Assembly: GCA_049516875.1 (NCBI GenBank)
Contig: JBEKSS010000003.1
Coordinates: forward strand, 128,001-192,000
DNA length: 64,000 nt
Origin: Candidatus Bathyarchaeia archaeon
GTDB taxonomy: Archaea; Thermoproteota; Bathyarchaeia; Bathyarchaeales; Bathycorpusculaceae
Direction: 5' to 3'
A program made the translations under genes and the position numbers. Below, piece after piece: positions 20,212-29,684 of this stretch. Each line of letters opens with the position of its first letter. Positions within the stretch are counted from its first letter, which is position 1. Below the pieces are notes generated by a model, which was not told the origin of the DNA, made no database searches, and saw nothing but the letters and a program-made list of their open reading frames with translations.

Positions 20212-21063
20212 TTAAGCCTTGGCGCGCGCGAGAAGTCCACTCACTGCATTGATGAGGGCTTCGCATGCGACTCGTCTGACTTCGAGAGAGCCATCGATCT
20301 CTTGGTCCTCGCTCTCTTTCTGCTGATCTCGCATCTGCTCGATGATAGGCTGCTTCTTTCTCTCGTATTTGTCTCGGAGTCTCTGTTGCTCAGCAGTAAA
20401 AGTCTGCACCGCTAATGCGAGATCCCCTTGTGCTGAGTTCAATCTCTGGGTTGCTTCTGCCTCTTTTTGCGCCTTAGCCTTCTTTGAGACAGCTCTGAAG
20501 ATGCCCGTTTTCATTCGAGATGTGCGATCCAGTTCTTCTCTGAGGCCATCAACATTGCTAGACAGACGCTTGATTTCCGCATCCTTCCGCCCTTCAATCT
20601 CCTTCTTGTTAGCGGTATTTTCTTCTTCGATTCGTTCAAGAAGAATTCTATTGTCCGAGAGACTCTTGAATGCTTCCTCACCAGAAGCCTCTTTGCGCCG
20701 TCTTTCCTCAAGCTCAAGCTCAACGTTCGCGAGTATTTGTGAACGCTCCTTCACGAATTGATCATCTACGCCTACGGTGGGACTTGACTCAAACTCGGAT
20801 AGAAGGACCCTTAGATCCACTAGCCAACGGCCGAAATGCTCACTGAACGGAGAAAGGGCAAATATCTGATTCCCTAGGTTACGTAGTCTGTTGAGAGTTC
20901 TGTCCGTAACGTTTGAGGTCGGAACATAATTCTCCTCCGACACGTAGCTACCACTAGATCGACGTTTCTGTCTCCTAGCCTTGGCTTTGGCCTTTTCACG
21001 ACGTGGCATTCCACGTCCTCCGCCAGAGTTTCTGGGTGACCTTGTCCGCGCTTGGTATCCCAT
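20212..21063 (-). CDS. Hypothetical coiled-coil protein with a basic N-terminus
   Basis: R/K-rich N-terminus and long E/K/R/Q heptad region; the last codons (ARAKA) are encoded by a (CG)n run. Confidence 0.7.
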   Translation of the reverse strand: MGYQARTRSPRNSGGGRGMPRREKAKAKARRQKRRSSGSYVSEENYVPTSNVTDRTLNRLRNLGNQIFALSPFSEHFGRWLVDLRVLLSEFESSPTVGVDDQFVKERSQILANVELELEERRRKEASGEEAFKSLSDNRILLERIEEENTANKKEIEGRKDAEIKRLSSNVDGLREELDRTSRMKTGIFRAVSKKAKAQKEAEATQRLNSAQGDLALAVQTFTAEQQRLRDKYERKKQPIIEQMRDQQKESEDQEIDGSLEVRRVACEALINAVSGLLARAKA

Positions 21064-21240
21064 GAACAAAACCTCTTGCATTTGAGCTATTTAGGAGTGT
21101 CTGTTTTGTGTTATGCCGACGATTGCCGAAAGGCTGCAGACTTCACTAAACAAAAGGAATCAAACATTCATAAATGAAAGCAAATCCATAAGAATATGAA
21201 GAAGCACATGTTTTCAGACCATACGGAATGATACGTTAAC

Positions 21241-21663
21241 ATGACAATGAAACCAAAACCGCCCAGAAGAACTGTAAGAATAGTTTTAGACTCGAACGCA
21301 CTGTTCGTTCCAATTCAACTTAAGATTGACATTTTCCAGGGTCTGAAAACGCTGCTTAACAGAAACTTTGAGCTTGTGCTCCTCAAGCCGATTCAGCAGG
21401 AACTGGAGAGACTCGCAAGGGAAGGGTCTCCGCAAATACAGAAAAAGGCATCGTACGCTCTGAAACTCGCCGAAAAGTGTACGGTAGTCGGCGTGAAAGA
21501 TGAGTCAACCTCACCGGACGACGTAATTCTTCAAACTGCCAGCAAATGGAACTGCCCAGTTTTCACTAACGACAGAGAGCTCAGAAAGAAGCTAAGGAAT
21601 ATAAATGTGCCAGTCATTTATGTGAGACAAAAGTCACGTCTAGAGATTGACGGGAGGCTATAA
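21241..21663 (+). CDS. PIN-domain protein (Fcf1/Utp24-like, DUF188)
   Basis: IVLDSNAL, QELERL, PDDVIL, FTNDRELRKKL; usual position between eif2g and rpoE1. Confidence 0.9.
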   Translation: MTMKPKPPRRTVRIVLDSNALFVPIQLKIDIFQGLKTLLNRNFELVLLKPIQQELERLAREGSPQIQKKASYALKLAEKCTVVGVKDESTSPDDVILQTASKWNCPVFTNDRELRKKLRNINVPVIYVRQKSRLEIDGRL

Positions 21664-21664
21664 C

Positions 21665-22279
21665 CTGTTTAAACTTGTAACGTTAGAAGACACGATTCGG
21701 ATTCCGCCTGAAACATTCGGCAACCCGCTTGAAGCGGTTGGGCATCAACAAGTCAAGACAAAGTACGAAGGGATCGTCGGCGAAGAACTGGGCTACGTCC
21801 TCGCTGTGATCGACGTGAAGGTCAGCCCCATAGGAAAGATAATTCCAGGCGACGGCGCCACGTTTCACAAAGTCAACTTTTCACTATTGACATTCTACCC
21901 CAAAATCCAGGAAGTCGTGGAAGGCGAAGTCGTGGAAATCGCTGATTTCGGTGCTTTCGTCCGAATCGGACCCATCGACGCCCTGCTTCACGTTTCCCAG
22001 CTTATGAACGACTTCATTTCATATGATGAGAAACAAGGCGTCCTAATGGGCAAAGAGACACGGCGAAAACTCGCGAGCGGCGACCAAGTTCGAGTCCGCA
22101 TCACGGCAGTTTCACTCGGCAAAGCAGGAAGCTCCGGAAAAATAGGCGTAACAGCCAGACAGCCCTTCCTGGGCAAACTAGAATGGATAGAATACGACCT
22201 GCAGAAAATCAAGGAAGAGGCAGAGAAGAAACCCGCACAGAAACAGGAAACACCCCCGAAAAAGGGTGGGTCCAAATGA
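21665..22279 (+). CDS. rpoE1: DNA-directed RNA polymerase subunit E' (Rpo7)
   Basis: EDTIRIPP, IIPGDGATFH, EVVEGEV, FGAFVRIGPIDALLHVSQ, RQPFLGKLEWI; probable CTG start at 21665 (ORF-track alternative is TTG at 21647). Confidence 0.95.
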   Translation: MFKLVTLEDTIRIPPETFGNPLEAVGHQQVKTKYEGIVGEELGYVLAVIDVKVSPIGKIIPGDGATFHKVNFSLLTFYPKIQEVVEGEVVEIADFGAFVRIGPIDALLHVSQLMNDFISYDEKQGVLMGKETRRKLASGDQVRVRITAVSLGKAGSSGKIGVTARQPFLGKLEWIEYDLQKIKEEAEKKPAQKQETPPKKGGSK

Positions 22280-22461
22280 GCGAAAAGGCCTGCACCACCT
22301 GCCACCACCTCACAAGAGAAAACACGTGCCCAAAATGCAAAACAGCAACCATGAGCGATGACTACGGTGGGCTCGTAATAGTTTTAGACCCGGAGAACTC
22401 GGCAATCGCAAAAGCCATGGGCATCAAAGAGAAAGGACGCTACGCGATAAAGGTCAGATAA
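22276..22461 (+). CDS. spt4: Transcription elongation factor Spt4 (RpoE'')
   Basis: KACTTCH...CPKC...GLVIVLDPENSAIAK..GI...GRYAIKVR; ATGA overlap with rpoE1. Confidence 0.95.
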   Translation: MSEKACTTCHHLTRENTCPKCKTATMSDDYGGLVIVLDPENSAIAKAMGIKEKGRYAIKVR

Positions 22462-22462
22462 A

Positions 22463-22993
22463 ATGCCCATCAAGTACAATCTGACGCCGGAACTGCGCAT
22501 AAAACTCAAACAACCCTTAGGCACACTCATTCGAGGCTCGTTCACCGAAACAACAAAAAGATTCAGTGCAATGGTGAACAAGGAGAAACCATCCAGCATA
22601 ATCTCTGTCGGAGACACTGTCTCAAGAAACCTTGCCAAAAACCATATTCTTCCAACGTTGTCAATAATCGACAACAAGTGCATGAGAAAAAGCATAACGC
22701 CAACCATGCTTGCAACGGAAAAAACCTTCTACGTTAAAAACCCGCGGGGAACAATAACGGAAGAGGCAATCGCAGCAATACAGGAAGCCTTGCAAAGCAG
22801 TCAGCATGCCAAGATAGTTGTTGAAGGCGAAGAAGACTTGCTGACCCTCATCGCCATTATGCAGGCACCGCAAGACTCGTTTGTCCTGTACGGTCAACCG
22901 CACGAAGGAATCGTCGTCGTCAAAGCCACAACAGACAAGAAGACCGAGGTATCAGAAATTCTCAAAGGTATGGAAAAAGGTTCGAAAAACTAA
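22463..22993 (+). CDS. GTP-dependent dephospho-CoA kinase (DUF359)
   Basis: LKQPLG, SVGDTV, NPRGTIT, VEGEEDLLTL, YGQPHEGIV; conserved context. Confidence 0.9.
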   Translation: MPIKYNLTPELRIKLKQPLGTLIRGSFTETTKRFSAMVNKEKPSSIISVGDTVSRNLAKNHILPTLSIIDNKCMRKSITPTMLATEKTFYVKNPRGTITEEAIAAIQEALQSSQHAKIVVEGEEDLLTLIAIMQAPQDSFVLYGQPHEGIVVVKATTDKKTEVSEILKGMEKGSKN

Positions 22994-23037
22994 ATAAGAA
23001 GGTATCCCATCAACTCAACACCGCACGAGGAAACATC

Positions 23038-23346
23038 ATGGAAATCAAGATAATCTCACAGAAGGAAAACCCGCTGCTGAAAAGAAAAGAAGTTCAATTC
23101 AACGTAGAACACGACACGGGAAGCACCCCACCCAGACTAGAAGTGAGAAAAGGAGTAGCCACTGCCCTGAAAGCAAACGTAGACTTGGTTTTTATAAAGA
23201 AATTCGAAACCAAGACAGGCACACACACGGCTGTGGGAACCGCGAACCTCTACGAATCAGTCGAACAAGCAAGGCTTATTGAGCCCGAATACATAGTGAA
23301 GCGAAACATACCGCCTGAAAAGCCCAAAGAAGAGGCAAAGGAGTAG
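23038..23346 (+). CDS. rps24e: 30S ribosomal protein S24e
   Basis: ENPLLKRKE, STPPRLEVR, IEPEYIVKRN. Confidence 0.95.
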   Translation: MEIKIISQKENPLLKRKEVQFNVEHDTGSTPPRLEVRKGVATALKANVDLVFIKKFETKTGTHTAVGTANLYESVEQARLIEPEYIVKRNIPPEKPKEEAKE

Positions 23347-23355
23347 AAGTGAACC

Positions 23356-23679
23356 ATGTCCAAGAAAGCCGAAAAGAAAGAAGCGCCAAAGAAAGGAGAA
23401 GAGCCCAAGAAGGAGACAAAGAAGGCAGCGGTAGAAGCGCCTGTTGAAGCGCCGAAAGAAGAGGCAAAGCCGGCGAAGGTTGAAAAGGCACCGAAGCCCG
23501 AGAAAAAGAAGAAGGAAGAGAAGGGTGTTTTCAAGCTTTACAAGGTTGAAAACGACAAGGTCACGAGGCTGCGTCCAACTTGCGAACGCTGTGGACCAGG
23601 CTACTTCATGGCGGATCACGGCAACAGATACACGTGCGGACACTGCGGATTCACAAAGTACAAACCTGCCAAAGAATGA
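23356..23679 (+). CDS. rps27ae: 30S ribosomal protein S27ae with a long K/E/A/P-rich N-terminal extension
   Basis: C-terminal YKVE...CERCGPGYFMADHGNRYTCGHCGFT. Confidence 0.93.
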   Translation: MSKKAEKKEAPKKGEEPKKETKKAAVEAPVEAPKEEAKPAKVEKAPKPEKKKKEEKGVFKLYKVENDKVTRLRPTCERCGPGYFMADHGNRYTCGHCGFTKYKPAKE

Positions 23680-23728
23680 ACAGCTTTAAATCAACCGAGG
23701 GTTTGAATATTCTCTGACGATGATTTAG

Positions 23729-24154
23729 ATGATCCGCGTGAACGTTTCCATATCCAATGTTTCTGCAGAGCGTTATCTGGACTTCAGAAAACCCATGCCT
23801 CCTGTACAGATAAACACTAACCTCAACCTGACAGGTATGGAGAAGAAGCCGGACGATTCGCTTGAAGTCCCGTTCATCCTAACAATCAATTATAACCCTT
23901 CGGTGGCACAGATAAGCCTGAAGGGAAAAGCCTACGTGATAGGCGACAAAGGCGAAGCTGACAAAATCTACAAGGAGTACGAGGAAAAGAAACCTCCCCC
24001 GCCACTGATAGTGCAGTCAGTGTCGAATATCGCGTTCATCGAATCCGTGTTGATATCCAGAACGCTGAACATTCCACCGCCTATCCCCCTGCCACAGATA
24101 CCTGAAACCACCAAACCTGCTGAAAAACCGTCTGGCAGAGACTACAGCGCTTGA
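23729..24154 (+). CDS. Conserved archaeal hypothetical protein
   Basis: 141-aa ORF with its own TATA-like TTTAAAT near 23685; beta-rich, ends NIPPPIPLP. Confidence 0.8.
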   Translation: MIRVNVSISNVSAERYLDFRKPMPPVQINTNLNLTGMEKKPDDSLEVPFILTINYNPSVAQISLKGKAYVIGDKGEADKIYKEYEEKKPPPPLIVQSVSNIAFIESVLISRTLNIPPPIPLPQIPETTKPAEKPSGRDYSA

Positions 24155-24187
24155 ACAAACAGAAGAATAGAGGGATGAGAGAAACGG

Positions 24188-24592
24188 CTATTTCAGTGGC
24201 ACGTACATTGAAGAACGCGAGGCTCCGATGCCTGGGGTTCCGTGCCTGACAGGCTTATTTGTGACCGCGAACTCCCCCAGGTAGTGCCCAATCATCTCCG
24301 GCTTCATTTCTATCTGAACGAATTCCTTGCCGTTGTGCACGTGTATCGCTATGCCCACCATTTCAGGGAGGATTATCATGTTTCGAACGTGCGTCCTGAC
24401 GGTTGGGATGCCTCCCTTTCTGAGTTCTTCCATTGATCTTCTTACTTTTTCAAGAAGTATTCTCTGTTCTGGCTGCAGGCCGCGATGCAGGCTTCTCCTC
24501 TGCCTTGAAGGGAGCAGATTGATGAACTCGTCCATCGACATACTCTGCAACTGATTGAGCGTCAACCCGCGATACATGAATTCTTTGGGCAT
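24188..24592 (-). CDS. rps19p: 30S ribosomal protein S19 (uS19)
   Basis: [44 protein letters not shown]. Confidence 0.97.
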   Translation of the reverse strand: MPKEFMYRGLTLNQLQSMSMDEFINLLPSRQRRSLHRGLQPEQRILLEKVRRSMEELRKGGIPTVRTHVRNMIILPEMVGIAIHVHNGKEFVQIEMKPEMIGHYLGEFAVTNKPVRHGTPGIGASRSSMYVPLK

Positions 24593-24622
24593 TCTTCTTC
24601 GCCTGATCCGTAGTTCTTAATG

Positions 24623-25399
24623 CTATAAACCTTCTGTTTGTCTACTCATCTTTTCTTTTTCACGTGCACTCTTTGCTTTCCTTCCTGTTCCTCTAGCCGC
24701 AATCAGCCCGACCTTCTGGCCTGGTGGAGCACCGTGAGAGGTCGTGGTTCCTTTCCGCGCGCTTCTCTTGCTACTGCCGTAAGGATGCACGGCAGCAACC
24801 ATTTTTCGCCCGCTCGTCCTCGGATATTTGCGTCCTCTTGCCCTCATTAAATGGAATTTTGCACCAGCCTTCAGAAAAGGTTTATCTGTCCTGCCAGACG
24901 CCGAAACTATGCCAATTGTCGCCCTGCAGTGGTCAGCCACGTACTTTGTTCTTCCAGACGGAAGCTTCACCATCGTTCCCTGCGGAGTATGAGACACCAC
25001 CGTTGCGTATGATCCCGAGGATCGCGAGAGCTTGCCGCCGTCTCCTGGACGCAGTTCCACGTTGCATATCATGGTGCCCTCCGGCACTTTTCCAACCGGA
25101 AGGATGTTACCAACGTCAACCGGGGCTCTTCCGCCGATCTGGATTCGCTCGCCTGTGTAAACCCCTTCAGGAACGACGGTGTAACATGTTTCGCCGTTCT
25201 CGAACCTTATTAGAGCAAGAGGTGCGCCCCTTCCCGGATCATGCACAAGCTCTTCAATTACGCCTTTGATTGCTGCTTCAAAGTTTTCCTTCGGCCCGAT
25301 TTTTGAAGGATATTTTGCCGGGGCAACTCTCTTGTGGGTTGAAGCGCGGAACGTGGGAGCACCGCGCCCGCGTCTTTGAACACGAATTCTCTTTCCCAT
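24623..25399 (-). CDS. rpl2p: 50S ribosomal protein L2 (uL2)
   Basis: MGKRIRVQRRGRG, HDPGRGAP, GDGGKL, KPFLKAG, HPYG. Confidence 0.97.
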   Translation of the reverse strand: MGKRIRVQRRGRGAPTFRASTHKRVAPAKYPSKIGPKENFEAAIKGVIEELVHDPGRGAPLALIRFENGETCYTVVPEGVYTGERIQIGGRAPVDVGNILPVGKVPEGTMICNVELRPGDGGKLSRSSGSYATVVSHTPQGTMVKLPSGRTKYVADHCRATIGIVSASGRTDKPFLKAGAKFHLMRARGRKYPRTSGRKMVAAVHPYGSSKRSARKGTTTSHGAPPGQKVGLIAARGTGRKAKSAREKEKMSRQTEGL

Positions 25400-25420
25400 C
25401 AGTTAACCCGCCATGCAAGG

Positions 25421-25681
25421 TTACAGTATTCCAAGCTTGATCGCCACGTCAGCCGCTCGGTAGTCTGGGTGAAGCTTAACGAAAGCCTTCTTCTCTCCTT
25501 TCGGGGTCACTTGAGTGTGGACACTTTCAACTTTCACTTCGTAGAGTTCCTCAACCGCCCTCTTGATATCGGCTTTGTTTGCCTTCAAATTGACTGCGAA
25601 GGTCAGCTTGTTCTCTTTTTCAACCATCAGGCTCGCCGACTCAGTCATTAGCGGATACAGCACAATTTCATAGGGATCCAT
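25421..25681 (-). CDS. rpl23: 50S ribosomal protein L23 (uL23)
   Basis: YPLMTE, ENKLTFAV, IKRAVEELY, KKAFVKL. Confidence 0.97.
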   Translation of the reverse strand: MDPYEIVLYPLMTESASLMVEKENKLTFAVNLKANKADIKRAVEELYEVKVESVHTQVTPKGEKKAFVKLHPDYRAADVAIKLGIL

Positions 25682-26472
25682 TATTCCTTTTCTCCTCTGC
25701 CGTAAAGCTCGCCCAGTTTTTCAATCGCACTATTCGTCCACACGGTTAACCTTCCAGGATGAGTGCCCGGAGCAAGCATTTCAACGTTTAGATTAGCGAC
25801 TGTGACAACGTCCACTCCAGGCACGTTTCTTGCTGCCTCAACTATCCCCTTGTTTTCAGCCACGACCACGAGAGGTCCGACAGCCCGCTTCATCTTCCTT
25901 CCTCTGCTTTTGCCTTTTCCCGCGCGCACTTTTACGCTCTCTTTTGCCCTGAAGATCTCGGATAGGACGCCTAAGCGGATCAAAGCCGCCTCAGCTTCCT
26001 TGGTCTTTGTGAGACCTTCAAAATCGCTGGTCACCACCAACGGGATCTCTGGAACATCCTTAACGTGGTGACCCCGTGAAGCTACAACCTCTTTCGACGC
26101 CGTCGCAGCTATTGCCGAAAACAAAGCCAACCGCTTTTCTTTTTTCGGTATCTTCTTGACGATGTTCTTTTCCGAGAGGGGGGGATGTCCCTGTCTTCCG
26201 CCGACCGTTCCCGGAGCAAAAGCTGCCCTCCCCGACCCGCCTTTGCGCCTTGGAAGGCGAGCAATGCCCATACCCGTGCCACGTGATTCTGCCGAAGTTC
26301 TCTTCCCAGCCATCGGGTCTCTGCCCTGCGGCTGGAGCCTGTTCGACTGTATCGCCAGAACGGCTCTTTTTATGACGTCAGGTCTTAATGGCGTGGCGAA
26401 AACAGGTGGAAGCTCAATTTTTCCAGCTGCTTTTCCTTCTATGTTAAAAACCTTCGCCGTTTTCTTGACCAT
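25681..26472 (-). CDS. rpl4p: 50S ribosomal protein L4 (uL4)
   Basis: RPDVIKRA, AGKRTSAES, RAGKGKSRGR, LAPGTHPGRLTVWT. Confidence 0.97.
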   Translation of the reverse strand: MVKKTAKVFNIEGKAAGKIELPPVFATPLRPDVIKRAVLAIQSNRLQPQGRDPMAGKRTSAESRGTGMGIARLPRRKGGSGRAAFAPGTVGGRQGHPPLSEKNIVKKIPKKEKRLALFSAIAATASKEVVASRGHHVKDVPEIPLVVTSDFEGLTKTKEAEAALIRLGVLSEIFRAKESVKVRAGKGKSRGRKMKRAVGPLVVVAENKGIVEAARNVPGVDVVTVANLNVEMLAPGTHPGRLTVWTNSAIEKLGELYGRGEKE

Positions 26473-26485
26473 CCGTTCTCACCGT

Positions 26486-27499
26486 TCATCTTCCTTGTGG
26501 CGATTCAAGCGACACGTGAGTGATTTGCGGTGGTTCTTCAGCCACGTTTCTCGGTGGACGAGCCGGATACCGCAGTCGGATCGGACGTTTTTCAGTACCA
26601 GCTATACTTCCCGCAAGTATCATGTACGATCCGCGCACTAAGCCGTACCTGAGAAAACCGCCCTTCGGGGTCACTTCTTTTCCATCCTTGCCTATTTTGA
26701 GGATGCGCTTGTTGTACTCTGTTCTCTGGTGATAACCCATCTGTCCAGCTCTCGCGACGCTGTACATCACGTGGTGCGGATTCCACGGACCAAGCGTTGC
26801 AACGCCTCTCTTGGTTTTCCTTCCCTTTGCTTGAAGTATCGTCACGCCCCAACGCTTCACTGGACCTTGGAAGCCCTTTCCAGTCGACACCGAAGCTACA
26901 TCCACGTATTGGCCTTCCTTAAAGATCTCCGCAGGAGTAACAGTCTTACCTATCAGATTCTTTGCAAACTCAAACTGCTGCTGAACCGTTCCCCCGCCTA
27001 ACTCGATCTCAGCGATGTCAGGCTTCTTCTTCGAAAGACTAGCCTCCTTCGGCTGAGTCACCGCGACAACGCGGACCTTCACTATCTTGGCCAAGTCCTG
27101 TTCAATTCGCTTCAACCCTTCCTCAGCCTTGAAGCTCTCTGGAATCGTTAACACACGTTCGAGATCTTCAGGCGGGTCCTTAGTCCAAGCCTCTGTAAGA
27201 GTGCGCAAACCATCAACGTTCCGAGTGTAAGCTCTCATGGCACATATGAGAACCGGGGGCGTTTCCAAAACTGTAGCCGCGGCAATGACTTCCTTGCCAA
27301 AGTCGGGCGAACGCTTTCTGTCCTCTATCGCGAACACATGGGTCATCCCGGCCTTGTAAGCCATGAAACCCAGAAGTCTCGGCGCATCCGCCTCTATCGT
27401 CGGCCAGAAGTTCATTCTAGCCAATAAATGCTCAGCACGTTTCCTAGGCAAATAAGCAAGCGAACCGTGTCTGGGAGCGTGTGTTTTCCTGTGACCCAT
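26486..27499 (-). CDS. rpl3p: 50S ribosomal protein L3 (uL3)
   Basis: PRHGSLAYLPRKRA, YKAGMTH, GKGFQGPVKRWG, AGQMGYHQRTEYNKRI. Confidence 0.97.
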   Translation of the reverse strand: MGHRKTHAPRHGSLAYLPRKRAEHLLARMNFWPTIEADAPRLLGFMAYKAGMTHVFAIEDRKRSPDFGKEVIAAATVLETPPVLICAMRAYTRNVDGLRTLTEAWTKDPPEDLERVLTIPESFKAEEGLKRIEQDLAKIVKVRVVAVTQPKEASLSKKKPDIAEIELGGGTVQQQFEFAKNLIGKTVTPAEIFKEGQYVDVASVSTGKGFQGPVKRWGVTILQAKGRKTKRGVATLGPWNPHHVMYSVARAGQMGYHQRTEYNKRILKIGKDGKEVTPKGGFLRYGLVRGSYMILAGSIAGTEKRPIRLRYPARPPRNVAEEPPQITHVSLESPQGR

Positions 27500-27843
27500 T
27501 GCTTTTTCGCTTCGTGTCTTCTAGGAATGAGAACGATAAGTTATAAACGTTACCGTCACGTTTGTAAGCGACGGCGTGATTTTCTCGGTTTACTATGATA
27601 CCCAATGTCTCCTACCCTGCCAAGCCTACTGCAACACAAAGCACACCTATAACGGGGAATATTACCGCTCCTACGTATACATCCCTTATCGACAACGCAT
27701 TCTAAGGGGCAAGCTTTTGATACTTTGGGCCTCAAGATATCCCGACTTAGGTGCTCACGCGCAAAGACTCAGATTTCAACATTCCGGCGACACTGGAGCG
27801 GGAAGTGTTAAATTTCGGCTCTTCTAGTCTTCTGGGGGCTGAC

Positions 27844-28458
27844 ATGAAGGATATTGTGTTTGAAGTTGGAAGTGCGCTGTATGATTCTGGATGTTTGAAG
27901 TTTGGCAGTTTTCGCATTAAGTCCGGAGCCTCCAGTCCCTATTACATTGACCTCGCATGCCTGCTCTCCTCCCCCAAAGCCGTTTGCACGGTCGCCGACA
28001 TCGCTGCCGATGAAATCAAAGAGATTGCTGCTTCGGCAAGAGTAGACAAGCTGGCCTCGATCGAACTGAAAGGCGCCCTGCTGTTGGCAAATATCGGCTG
28101 CCGAACAGGTCTGCCGTGCACAGTTGTCAGGAAAGAAGAGAAGACATATGGTGCGACTGGAAGAATAGCTGGCGCAGACGTCGCAAGAGGCGAGCATATA
28201 CTGTTTTTTGACGATGTGGTCAGCGAGGGATTGTCCAAACTGGAGGGAATCAAGCCTCTCGAACAGTTGGGGGCCAGAGTCGAAAACATCATGGTCGTCG
28301 TCGACAGAGAACAAGGAGGCAGAGAAAACCTTGAGAACGCAGGCTACAAGGTTCATGCCCTCGCAAGAATATCTGAACTCGTCGATTTCCTCTTCTCCAA
28401 CAAGCACATTTCAAAGGAACAGGCAGACGCCGTCCTAAACTACATCAAAAGGCCGTGA
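27844..28458 (+). CDS. pyrE: Orotate phosphoribosyltransferase
   Basis: KFGSFRIKSGASSPYYIDL, VRKEEKTYG, PRPP loop FDDVVSEGLSK, VVDREQGG. Confidence 0.92.
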   Translation: MKDIVFEVGSALYDSGCLKFGSFRIKSGASSPYYIDLACLLSSPKAVCTVADIAADEIKEIAASARVDKLASIELKGALLLANIGCRTGLPCTVVRKEEKTYGATGRIAGADVARGEHILFFDDVVSEGLSKLEGIKPLEQLGARVENIMVVVDREQGGRENLENAGYKVHALARISELVDFLFSNKHISKEQADAVLNYIKRP

Positions 28459-28625
28459 TGAAATCCTGCTTTTCCCGCCAGCTTCAATACGCAATATCCT
28501 TTCGCGCTCTGGGAAATCACGCACACGCCCGATAGTGTGCGCCGCTTGATGCGCGTGCTGACTGGCTTCTTTTTATATCCCTATGTGGTTGATTCATATT
28601 CAATCAGTGACGTAAAGGTTGCTAA

Positions 28626-29660
28626 ATGCTGTCAAGGAAGCGGATCCAGTGGATGTCGGTTCAGAAGCAAGTTGTGGAAGCTCTCATGAGACCTGAGGCT
28701 TATGAAGAGCAACCGGGTAGGATTGAACTGACCCAGACCCACATATCCTTCGTCTTTCTAACCGAAAACTTTGTTTACAAGGTGAAGAAGGCTGTGGACC
28801 TCGGGTTTCTGGACTTCAAAACGCTTGAAAAGAGGCGGTTCTTCTGCGAAAAAGAGTTAGAGCTCAACAAACGACTGTGCAGAGGCATGTACCTTGAGGT
28901 TGTTCCCATCAACAGATCAAACGTGATCAAGATTAAGGGCGAAGGAGAAACTGTCGAATATGCTGTGAAGATGAAGAGAATGCCTCAGGAAAAGATGATG
29001 AGCAATCTCCTCGAAGAGAAAAAGGTGGATTGTAAGCTCATTGAGGAAATAGCGAAAATCATCGCGGAATTCCATTCAAAAGCGGAAACGAATACAAGGA
29101 TAAGCGAGTTCGGTTCCTTGGCGATAATAGAAACCAATTGGAAAGAAAATTTCGAGCAGACTCGGGAGTTTGTCGGCAAGACCATATCCATGGCGGATTT
29201 CGAATTAATCTCTGGGAGAATAGGCGATTTCATGAAGAGAAACGTGTCGTTTTTTAAGAAGAGGATAGAGGAGAGCCGAGTTAGGGACTGCCACGGAGAC
29301 ATTCATTCTGGTAACATCTTTGTTGCAGACCGAATCTACATTTTCGATGCGATAGAATTTAACGAAAGGTTTAGGTATTCTGATGTTGCCTCAGACATTG
29401 CTTTCTTGGCCATGGACTTAGACTTCAAAGACCGAGCCGATTTGTCTAGCTTCTTCGTCGAAAGATATGTCAAATATTCTGGAGACCAAGAGTTGACGAA
29501 GCTTCTTCCTTTCTATAAATGCTATCGGGCCTATGTGAGGGGGAAAGTCGTTAGTTTCAAACTTAAAGACCCCCGCTTGGGTAGTGAGGAAAAGAGGGCA
29601 GCGATGAAAGAAGCAAGAGCATACTTTAAACTGGCCTCCGCCTATGCGAAGACTTTTTGA
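28626..29660 (+). CDS. Aminoglycoside phosphotransferase-like kinase (COG2187; N-terminal half of Rv2004c-type proteins)
   Basis: QTHISFVFLT...VYKVKK.VDLGFLDF, ELELNKRL, RDCHGDIHSGNI, FDAIEFNERFR..DVASDIAFLAMDL, YRAYVRGKV; start could be 28653. Confidence 0.88.
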   Translation: MLSRKRIQWMSVQKQVVEALMRPEAYEEQPGRIELTQTHISFVFLTENFVYKVKKAVDLGFLDFKTLEKRRFFCEKELELNKRLCRGMYLEVVPINRSNVIKIKGEGETVEYAVKMKRMPQEKMMSNLLEEKKVDCKLIEEIAKIIAEFHSKAETNTRISEFGSLAIIETNWKENFEQTREFVGKTISMADFELISGRIGDFMKRNVSFFKKRIEESRVRDCHGDIHSGNIFVADRIYIFDAIEFNERFRYSDVASDIAFLAMDLDFKDRADLSSFFVERYVKYSGDQELTKLLPFYKCYRAYVRGKVVSFKLKDPRLGSEEKRAAMKEARAYFKLASAYAKTF

Positions 29661-29684
29661 TCAGTTCAAGAAATGCACGCGTGC

